NCBI RefSeq assembly: GCF_000091665.1
Contig: NC_000909.1
Span: 563,581-595,580 of the forward strand
Length of the DNA stretch: 32,000 nucleotides
Source of the DNA: Methanocaldococcus jannaschii DSM 2661
GTDB taxonomy: Archaea > AGJL01 > Methanococci > Methanococcales > Methanocaldococcaceae
Direction: 5' to 3'
Part shown: piece by piece, positions 20,499-27,779 of the stretch
Layout: each line of letters starts with the position of its first letter
How positions within the stretch are numbered: position 1 is the first letter of the stretch
Made by a program: the position numbers and the translations under genes
Notes under the pieces: model-generated
Told to the model about the DNA's origin: nothing
Databases searched by the model: none
The model's input: only the letters and a program-made list of their open reading frames with translations

Positions 20499-20560
20499 CC
20501 TCCCTCATTGGAGGATGAGTTGTGATTCGCGAGAGTCACAACAACAAAAATGAGGTGAGG
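20499..20560 (+). promoter_or_regulatory. Structured GC-enriched leader of rpl14e: SD-sequestering helix enclosing a GNRA hairpin
   Basis: CCTCCCTCAT (20499-20508) can pair with ATGAGGTGAGG (20550-20560; 10 bp, 1 bulge), covering the GGTGA SD. The hairpin at 20519-20542 has a 10-bp stem and a GCGA loop. An alternative local hairpin is CCTCC/GGAGG (20499-20503 with 20510-20514). Confidence 0.4.
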
Positions 20561-20563
20561 TAA

Positions 20564-20806
20564 ATGCCAGCTATTGAAGTAGGAAGAGTTTGTATAAAAA
20601 CAGCAGGAAGAGAAGCAGGAAAAGTTTGTGTTATCGTAGATATCTTAGATAAAAACTTCGTTATAGTTGATGGGTTAGTTAAGAGAAGAAGATGCAACAT
20701 AAAACACTTAGAACCAACAGAAAAGAAAGTTGATATCCCAAAAGGAGCTTCAACAGAAGAAGTTAAATTAGCTTTAGATGCTGCAGGATTATTGAAGGAA
20801 GAATAA
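20564..20806 (+). CDS. rpl14e: Ribosomal protein L14e (KOW domain)
   Basis: [24 protein letters not shown] motif, 80 aa. Confidence 0.9.
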   Translation: MPAIEVGRVCIKTAGREAGKVCVIVDILDKNFVIVDGLVKRRRCNIKHLEPTEKKVDIPKGASTEEVKLALDAAGLLKEE

Positions 20807-20817
20807 ATCAATTCTTA

Positions 20818-20842
20818 TTTTCTTCTTTTTTATTTTTATTTT
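20818..20842 (+). terminator. T-rich tract (T6, T5, T4 runs) after rpl14e; candidate terminator
   Basis: Successive oligo-T runs begin 12 nt after the stop codon. Confidence 0.45.
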
Positions 20843-20846
20843 GAAA

Positions 20847-20878
20847 CTATATTTGTAAATTTAAATTTACAAATATAG
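20847..20878. repeat. Perfect 32-bp palindrome CTATATTTGTAAATTT|AAATTTACAAATATAG
   Basis: I checked base by base that the two 16-nt halves are exact reverse complements. Confidence 0.9.
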
Positions 20879-20940
20879 AAACTTTAAATAACAATTTAAA
20901 ACAAAAATAAGATTGAACAAATAAAATTTTGGTGGGGTTT

Positions 20941-21897
20941 ATGCTATTCAACATCTTCAAAAAATCCAATAAAAAGAAATTGGATGAGTTTTTAAATGAA
21001 AATAAAGATAAAGTTTTAACATTGAAGTTAGATAAACCAGTAGATTGCTTATGCGACTTTACCTACAACTTTATATGGCAGAGTAAATTCAATCCAGAAA
21101 CTGAGATAAAAGAAAATATTACCTTTAAAACCCTTGTAGAGCATTTAAAGAATGGAGGGGTAGTTTATATTAAAGGAAATGTAGGGAAAAGATTCTGCTC
21201 CTCTATGGGCGTTGATTTAAAATATTTTAGTGGAAGTGGAGAAAGGATAAAAGTAGGAACTGTTATAGTGGATGGAGATGTCGATACAAGATTTGGAATA
21301 AGCATGTTGTCTGGAACCGTCTATATTAATGAAAAAAATAAGATAAAAGAGCCGATGGGGAATGTTATTGAAGTTGAAAGCGATATAAAAGGATATAGGA
21401 AATTTATATCCATAACAGAGTTTGTTGAAGAGAGATATAAAGAAGAGAAGCTTCTAAAACCAAATAAATTTGATAAAAATAAAGGAATTTTAGAGATTAA
21501 TGATAAAATAAAAAGAGATACTGTTGGAGCAAGGTTAAATGAAGATAAAACAATTGTAGTTAATGGAGATGTTGATTTATCCACTGGAATTTTAATGAGA
21601 AAGGGAAAGGTTATTGTTAATGGAAATGCTGGAAAAAATACTGGGGCTGTTTTAAATGGTGGAACTGTTATAATTAACGGAAATACTAATGACTTCACAG
21701 GTTTTGAAATGAGAGATGGGATAATAGTTGTTGATGGTAATGCAGGGAAATACTTGGGCGCTAAGAAAAAAGAAGGAGTTATATATGCAAGGGATGGGAA
21801 AGAAGTTCCTCCAACAAAAAAATATGAGTTAAATAATGATGATATTGCTTTTTTAAAATCTCTTGGCTATACTGGGAAGTTTTATAAATTTATATAA
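20941..21897 (+). CDS. GXGXG-repeat beta-helix protein (FwdC / glutamate synthase C-terminal domain-like)
   Basis: Repeated GN(V/A)G, DGD(V)D and NGN(A/T) turns: [62 protein letters not shown] 20941 follows GGTGGGG. Confidence 0.7.
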
Positions 21898-22044
21898 TCC
21901 GATTTAACTTTTTTAATTTTTATATTTATAGATGTCCAATATTATGACATAAATTTACACAAAATAGTAAATTATATATATCAAGTGGATACATAGTAGA
22001 TAATGTAAAAAACATGAATAAAAATTCTAAAATGGTGAATAAAA

Positions 22045-22461
22045 ATGGTTAGTGAAATAATAAAATTAATTGAGGAAGGAAAAATAGAAGAAGTCCTTAA
22101 AAAAGTTGAAGAAATAAAAGGAGACGCTCAGTTAGAGATAATTGCTTTAACTTTAATAGAAAAAGGTTACTGCGATGAAGCTGTTAAAGTTGCAGAGAAG
22201 ATATCAAGTTTTGGATTGAAAGATGAGGTTTTGAGAAAGGTTGCTATTGCATACATTGAAAATGGAGAAATAGACAAAGCAATGGCTTTAGTGGAGAAAA
22301 TTAAGACAGAAACTGATTTGGAAAAAATAGCTATGAAATTAATAGAAATAAAGAAATACAGAGAAGCATTAAAAGTTGCTGAAAAAATTAAGTCAAGGGC
22401 AATTAAAGAAGGAATATTAATGGCAATTATCAACGCTTTATTGGATGAATTAGGAAAATAA
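22045..22461 (+). CDS. Small all-helical repeat protein (HEAT/TPR-like ~31-aa repeats)
   Basis: Four units of the form x(I/V)A(L/M)xLIExGxxD(E/K)AxxxxEKIxxxxxK. Confidence 0.6.
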   Translation: MVSEIIKLIEEGKIEEVLKKVEEIKGDAQLEIIALTLIEKGYCDEAVKVAEKISSFGLKDEVLRKVAIAYIENGEIDKAMALVEKIKTETDLEKIAMKLIEIKKYREALKVAEKIKSRAIKEGILMAIINALLDELGK

Positions 22462-22551
22462 ACTCTAATTAATAATTAATTTTGTTAATCTTTAAATTGT
22501 TTCTCAAAATGAAAAAAGTATTGAAAGGTTTAGCTAAACCTTAAAGAGATT

Positions 22552-22785
22552 TTAAATTTTTTCTGCAAATGCAAACTTACTTTTTACAGCAGTTATTTTT
22601 ACATTGACTGTTTCTCCTTTTTGTGTTTCAGGGACGAAGACAACGAATCCTTCAACTCTTGCTATTCCGTCTCCGCCTCTACCCATATCTTCAATTGTAA
22701 CAGTGTAGGTTTCGCCTTCTTTAACTGGAACATTTCTTCTAACTTCATTATTTCTTACATTTCTTCTTCCTTTATTATTAAACAT
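22552..22785 (-). CDS. TRAM-domain protein (small nucleic-acid-binding OB-like protein)
   Basis: [44 protein letters not shown] is a typical stand-alone TRAM domain. GGTGA SD. Confidence 0.8.
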   Translation of the reverse strand: MFNNKGRRNVRNNEVRRNVPVKEGETYTVTIEDMGRGGDGIARVEGFVVFVPETQKGETVNVKITAVKSKFAFAEKI

Positions 22786-22911
22786 TCAATTCACCAAATT
22801 TATTTAAGGATTCATCGCATTTCGCTCAATAACAACCTTGTCAAAAGGGGTATAAATACTTATGGATGTGCAAATATTTTTATATTTTTACACAACTATA
22901 AATAAAAAGGT

Positions 22912-23433
22912 TTAATCTTTCTTTTTTCTATACTTTAAAGATTCTTCCAATAACCTCTCTTTAGCCCTTTTAAACTCTTCTTCATCAACACCCTCCTCAA
23001 ATCCTAAGTATTTTAAAACAAGTTCAGCATATTTAAAGTATTCATCCTCAACTTTACCATCTCCCAAATAAAGCCCTCTACAATACCTTAAAAACCATAT
23101 ATCATAGGTTAAAGTTAATTTTCCATTTCTAACTTGGACTGAGTAAGGTCTTAACCTACAAATTAAAGGCCTAACTTTATAAATTTTACATTTTTTGGTT
23201 TTTTTATCTAAAAATATGCATTTTCCTCCAACTTCTTTAAGCTCACCAATATATCCATTAAAAAATCTAACATATCGCTTTAAAACCTCATCAAATGGTA
23301 TTTTTAGATAACCAGCTATTTTAGCCAAGTCCTTTTTTGTAACAGTTGGAGCATCACAGCAGAATCCGCATTTTATACAATGATAAGCTATTCCATTCAA
23401 ATAGACATCAAATTTTATTTTCTTATTTTTCAT
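22912..23433 (-). CDS. YkgJ-family (UPF0153) Cys-rich putative Fe-S/Zn protein
   Basis: CIKCGFCC motif near the N-terminus, with further CIFL...C and C..LRP motifs. The start is uncertain (ATG 23433 or 23460). Confidence 0.65.
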   Translation of the reverse strand: MKNKKIKFDVYLNGIAYHCIKCGFCCDAPTVTKKDLAKIAGYLKIPFDEVLKRYVRFFNGYIGELKEVGGKCIFLDKKTKKCKIYKVRPLICRLRPYSVQVRNGKLTLTYDIWFLRYCRGLYLGDGKVEDEYFKYAELVLKYLGFEEGVDEEEFKRAKERLLEESLKYRKKKD

Positions 23434-24142
23434 GAGTTTCCCTCTCCTTACACTTTCCACATAAAATACATGGTTTTATATGTCCAGCTAAAAAATCAAG
23501 TGCTTTACTAATTTTTATATGAATGGTTTTAGGGAATTTATATATAATATAACCATATAAAACCCCTGTAATGACATCAACAATCCAGTGCATTCCCATA
23601 ATTAGAGTTGAAATTGGAATTAATATCGCCAGTGCAAAATAAATATAATTTAATGGCTTTTCATCTTTAAAATGTAATGCTAACAAAAAAGAATATGCTG
23701 TATGCAATGATGGAATTTCGTATGTTGGTTTTGTAAATATCCAAAAATAATGCATATTTATTAAATCCTTAGCAACACCTACCTGAAATGGAGATTTTAC
23801 AACGACAAAGGTGTATATTAAACCAGCAAACAGCCAACCTAAAGCTAAGTCAATTAAAATAATATCACTCTTCAAAAAATCTCTCTTTATAAATAGATAA
23901 TAGGCGATACCTCCAATAATCATAGAAGAAAATCCATATAAATAAATAATTTTAAAAAATTCAATAACAATATTTGGTAATGACTGTAAAAATATATAAA
24001 ATTCTTTATTGCATAAGGGAAGCTTTAATAACAAATTTGTTACATCAAGTGGAGTTATAATTTGAGAATACCACATCAACCCGCCCCATAAGACATAGGC
24101 GATAGGATAGATTGCCAATCTAACTAAAATCCTTTTATCCAC
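23423..24142 (-). CDS. PAP2-superfamily integral membrane protein (phosphatase/phosphotransferase-like) with C-terminal CxxCxxC tail
   Basis: Multiple TM helices. PSLHTA and GMHWIVDVITG match PAP2 motifs C2 (SGH) and C3 (H...D). The tail is CILCGKCKE. Confidence 0.55.
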   Translation of the reverse strand: MDKRILVRLAIYPIAYVLWGGLMWYSQIITPLDVTNLLLKLPLCNKEFYIFLQSLPNIVIEFFKIIYLYGFSSMIIGGIAYYLFIKRDFLKSDIILIDLALGWLFAGLIYTFVVVKSPFQVGVAKDLINMHYFWIFTKPTYEIPSLHTAYSFLLALHFKDEKPLNYIYFALAILIPISTLIMGMHWIVDVITGVLYGYIIYKFPKTIHIKISKALDFLAGHIKPCILCGKCKERETHEK

Positions 24143-24169
24143 AATCTCACCGTTTAAATCAATATTTTT

Positions 24170-25654
24170 GTGGGTGGTAATATTAAATTCTTAGAAGCTA
24201 TGGTAGATTTCTTAGAAAGAAATGTAAAAACTATATTTTCCTATCCGGGAGAGCAGATATTGCCGTTGTATAATGAAATAGAGGGTAGCAGTATAAAAAA
24301 TATTATGGTTAGGGATGAGAGAGGAGCAGGGTTCATGGCTGATGGCTATGCAAGAATAACTAACTATATAGGAGTTTGCTTAGCTACTGCAGGTCCTGGA
24401 GCTACGAATTTAACAACGCCAATAGCAACAGCCTATAAGGATAATTCATCTGTATTGGCAATTACTGGAAGATGTCAGAGAAAATATATTGGCAAAAATT
24501 ATTTTCAAGAGGTAAATATGGATTTTTTAAATTTTTATAAAGGATATTTTGTTGATAAAGCTGAAGTAAGTTATATAGCAAAAGCATTTGCTGACTGCCT
24601 ATTTAATAAAAAACCTGTTCAGCTAAATATTCCAGTTGATTTATACAAGGAAGAAGCAAAAGATATAAATATAACCACATATACAGATATATATAAAGAT
24701 GATGAAACTCCTTCCAACAACATAAAAGAAATAGATGTCAAAAAACCACTATTTTTAATTGGGCAGGGTATATTTGGGACTTTAAGTTATAAAGAGATAG
24801 TAAAAATATCAAAAATATTAGAAAAGATAAACTGTCCCATAGCTACAACATTTCCAGCGAGAGGAGTTATTAATGAAAAATTAGAGAACTGCATAGGCTT
24901 AGTTGGGAGGAGAGGGGATTTAAAATCTTTGTTAGAGGCAGATAAGATAATAAATATCGGCTCATCTCTATCTTACAACACCTATGTAGAGAGTGTTAGG
25001 GAAAAGCTTTTAAGTAAAACTGAAAATATACAACTAAAACCAAAAAGCATCAAAGAGTTAAAAGAATTTTTTGAAAATTTAGATGTAAAAAATAGTAGCT
25101 GGATATATAAAAATAGCAACAAATTTCAGCCTTCTGGAGATTACTCAAACAAAATCTATGAGATTATTAAAAATATTCCAGAAGATGCCATAATAGTTAC
25201 AGATGCTGGTAAGCATACTGTATTTACCTGCTTATTAAAAACCTGCGTTATTCCAAGAAATATCATTTCCTCACACTCATTTGGAACTATGGGTTTTGGT
25301 TTGCCTGCATCCATTGGAGTAAAATTTGGAACTATAGATTTCAACATCGATAGAGAAGTTGTATTAATTAGTGGGGATGGCGGATTTTTGATGAATGTTG
25401 AGGAGTTGCAAGTTGTAGCTGAAAATAACTTAAAAATCTTAATGGTTGTGATGAAAAATAACAGTTTGGCAGAGTTCTGCAAGATAAAAAATCCAAACTT
25501 CAACAAAATAGCTGATGCATTTGAAATAGATAATTGCTACATTGAAAATGTTGATGAAATTGGTTCAGAAATTAAAGGCTATTTAAAAAAGAATAAGCCG
25601 TTATTGGTGGTTGTTGAAACAGAAAACGAGCCATTGCCTAAACCAAATATTTAA
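24170..25654 (+). CDS. Thiamine-diphosphate-dependent enzyme, acetolactate synthase large-subunit-like paralog
   Basis: N-terminal YPGEQILPLY...DERGAGFMADGYAR...GPGATN (Pyr domain). C-terminal GDGGFLMNVEELQVV...MKNNSL (ThDP GDG-NN motif). Shorter than canonical AHAS. GTG start uncertain. Confidence 0.75.
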   Translation: MGGNIKFLEAMVDFLERNVKTIFSYPGEQILPLYNEIEGSSIKNIMVRDERGAGFMADGYARITNYIGVCLATAGPGATNLTTPIATAYKDNSSVLAITGRCQRKYIGKNYFQEVNMDFLNFYKGYFVDKAEVSYIAKAFADCLFNKKPVQLNIPVDLYKEEAKDINITTYTDIYKDDETPSNNIKEIDVKKPLFLIGQGIFGTLSYKEIVKISKILEKINCPIATTFPARGVINEKLENCIGLVGRRGDLKSLLEADKIINIGSSLSYNTYVESVREKLLSKTENIQLKPKSIKELKEFFENLDVKNSSWIYKNSNKFQPSGDYSNKIYEIIKNIPEDAIIVTDAGKHTVFTCLLKTCVIPRNIISSHSFGTMGFGLPASIGVKFGTIDFNIDREVVLISGDGGFLMNVEELQVVAENNLKILMVVMKNNSLAEFCKIKNPNFNKIADAFEIDNCYIENVDEIGSEIKGYLKKNKPLLVVVETENEPLPKPNI

Positions 25655-25709
25655 ATTTAACAATTTAATTTTATAAAATTTGAAAAATTTAGTTTTACGG
25701 AGGGATAAT

Positions 25710-26585
25710 ATGGGAGAAGTTTTAAATGAATTATTTGAAATTTTATCAAAAGATTTACACTTCAATGCCACTAAACTGAATTCTGAAACTTATGAACAAA
25801 ATTGGAAAGTTCCAGAGGGGTTTATATCAATAATAGGAATTGAAAATGCTAAAATGCCAGTATTTTACTATGGAATAACAAATTCATATAAAAAAGAATT
25901 TGAAATTAAAAAAGTGATTTCACCAAAAGGTCAGAAACAGATTTTTGCAAGAATCTACTACATATTTGACAGGAGAGATATTATTGAAAAAGAAAAGTAT
26001 GTTGTTGCTAATGCATTTAACGGACTCTTATTATTAATAAAATTTGATAAAACTGAGTTTATTGAAAAAGCTATAGAAATGCTCACTAAGGGCTATGAAG
26101 AAGACAATTTCATTAAAGAAGTTCTTAACAATATAAAAGAGAAAAATATGTTTGACAATATTGATGAAACAATAAGATTCGTTGCTAATAGAGATTACAA
26201 TTGGTTAATTGGAAGGATAAAATATAATATGGGAATTTTAGAGTATTCTGGGCAAGGTTATTATTTAATACCAATAAAAACAAATATGCAAATAACACCC
26301 GGAATAAAAATCAATAATGGTAGAGTTATAATTGATTTAGAAAACTCTCACTTGTTTAAAAACTTCATTGTATATGTTGATACCATAAACAATAAAATAA
26401 TTTACAATAAAGAGAGATTGTGTAATAAAAATCCAGCTATATTGGATATAATGTCAAAGATAGATGATAACACTTGCCCATGGTGTGGAGCTAAGTTGAG
26501 AGTAGTTAGAACAAAAAAAGGAGAGTTCTTGGGATGCACAAATTATCCAAACTGTCTATATAGAAGATTTCCAAAGAAAAATTAA
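25710..26585 (+). CDS. Hypothetical protein with C-terminal topoisomerase-type C4 zinc ribbon
   Basis: ATG 25710 follows GGAGGG. The C-terminus CPWCGAKLRVVRTKKGEFLGCTNYPNC matches the zf-C4_Topoisom pattern. The ~250-aa N-terminal region is unrecognised. Confidence 0.65.
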   Translation: MGEVLNELFEILSKDLHFNATKLNSETYEQNWKVPEGFISIIGIENAKMPVFYYGITNSYKKEFEIKKVISPKGQKQIFARIYYIFDRRDIIEKEKYVVANAFNGLLLLIKFDKTEFIEKAIEMLTKGYEEDNFIKEVLNNIKEKNMFDNIDETIRFVANRDYNWLIGRIKYNMGILEYSGQGYYLIPIKTNMQITPGIKINNGRVIIDLENSHLFKNFIVYVDTINNKIIYNKERLCNKNPAILDIMSKIDDNTCPWCGAKLRVVRTKKGEFLGCTNYPNCLYRRFPKKN

Positions 26586-26595
26586 TATTTAATAT

Positions 26596-27621
26596 TTATT
26601 TTAAATAATTACAAACCCTTTCAAACATTAAATCAGTTGGGTCTTCTAACTCAATAACACCCATTCTTTTTCCTAAATTATCTTCAACATAGTTTATTAT
26701 TTCCTTGATATCATTTGTATGAATCATCCTATCTTTTTCAATTAAATATTTATCAACTCCAAGTAACTCTTGAGGATAGCAAGATACCGTTGGAATGCCT
26801 AAGATAGCACTTTCCCTGTTCATCGTTCCTCCAGCACCAATCATGAAATCGGAATTATACAATAAAGAAAGAGCATCTATTGTCTCTTTTGGAACTATAG
26901 CATTAACCTCTCTATATATCTCTTTTTGATGTTCATCCCTTGGGAACACAACTATATTACAGTCAATTCTTTTTTGAAGCTTTTCAATAATTTTTGGTAG
27001 TATATCTTTATGTCCATTACAATAAGAAGAGTTTGGGCAAGGTCTCATAACTATTGTTGGATTATCATCACAAATTCCCAATTTTTTTAAAATTTCATTA
27101 TCTATTGGATAATAACCCTTTAGCCGTGAATTTACATTTGCCACTTCACAAGTTCCTTCAAAGCTTATAAAATTTCTTCCTCCAAATTCTTTCAGCTTAT
27201 TTTCATCTGTTGCTATAGGTTTAATAATCTCATCTGCCAATGGTAGAGTTAATTTATTTTGAGCTTCAGCGTGTTCATTATCTACAACAAAGATTACTGG
27301 AATGTTCAAACCAAAAGCTACCCTTGGCAACTCAACGGAGTGTTTTGCTATAGCTACTTTTGGCTTTACATTTGATATTAGTTCAGTTAATCCAATAACC
27401 CTCTCAGCGTAGAAAATTAACTTATCCTTCAACGTGTTTCCATGCTTTCCTATACACTTCCCTACAAAATTGTAAATTTCAACTAATTTAGCTAAATTCC
27501 CTGAATCTCTAAAAGTTAATAAATACTCAATCCCTTCTTTCTCAAATTTTTTTATCAATTGGCAGAAATAATGCACATGGGGGGCGTTTGTTAAATCAAT
27601 CCATACATCCAAGTTAATCAC
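26596..27621 (-). CDS. DUF354-family protein (GT-B / UDP-GlcNAc 2-epimerase-like fold, function unknown)
   Basis: The N-terminus (M)INLDVWIDLTNAPHVHYF resembles the conserved IWIDI.N.PHV.FF start I recall for DUF354. Start is GTG 27621 or TTG 27612 after GGTGAT. Confidence 0.6.
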   Translation of the reverse strand: MINLDVWIDLTNAPHVHYFCQLIKKFEKEGIEYLLTFRDSGNLAKLVEIYNFVGKCIGKHGNTLKDKLIFYAERVIGLTELISNVKPKVAIAKHSVELPRVAFGLNIPVIFVVDNEHAEAQNKLTLPLADEIIKPIATDENKLKEFGGRNFISFEGTCEVANVNSRLKGYYPIDNEILKKLGICDDNPTIVMRPCPNSSYCNGHKDILPKIIEKLQKRIDCNIVVFPRDEHQKEIYREVNAIVPKETIDALSLLYNSDFMIGAGGTMNRESAILGIPTVSCYPQELLGVDKYLIEKDRMIHTNDIKEIINYVEDNLGKRMGVIELEDPTDLMFERVCNYLK

Positions 27622-27625
27622 CCAT
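27588..27625. repeat. Direct repeat copy 1 (38 bp): SD plus first 11 codons of the DUF354-like gene
   Basis: TTGTTAAATCAATCCATACATCCAAGTTAATCACCCAT. It matches 27780-27817 at 37 of 38 positions, and the single difference is synonymous (GTA vs GTG). Confidence 0.95.
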
Positions 27626-27779
27626 TAAATATATTTAAGTGGGTTGAACGTAGAGTTCCCTCTGGGTATCGCACTATAGAGGGGATATAGCCCCTCTATT
27701 GGGACACACCTCCAAATAGAAAGTGGGGTTGCCAAAGGCAATCCCGCTCTGGATATCCCAATAGGGCGAAGCCCTATGG
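27626..27779. ncRNA. Candidate structured RNA or small inserted element (GC-rich, multi-hairpin); strand undetermined
   Basis: ~48% G+C by hand count (~52% over 27641-27779). Hairpins: 27676-27699 (9-bp stem ATAGAGGGG/CCCCTCTAT), 27726-27745 (GGGTTGCC/GGCAA-CCC) and 27758-27779 (CC-ATAGGGC GAA GCCCTAT-GG). No cloverleaf and no C/D boxes. Confidence 0.45.

Noticed and set aside
20481-20563. C/D-box sRNA or kink-turn (L7Ae site) in the cmk-rpl14e spacer
   Set aside because: GGATGAG only loosely resembles a C box, and no CUGA D box is present on either strand. The bases flanking the hairpin do not give tandem sheared G-A pairs with a 3-nt bulge.
27626-27779. tRNA, C/D-box sRNA, RNase P/SRP RNA, or a bulge-helix-bulge intron removing exactly one 192-nt repeat unit
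   Set aside because: I could build no acceptor/D/anticodon/T cloverleaf. There are no RUGAUGA/CUGA boxes, and the length is wrong for RNase P or 7S RNA. I could not find two 3-nt bulges separated by a 4-bp helix at the repeat boundaries, so the intron idea has no sequence support.
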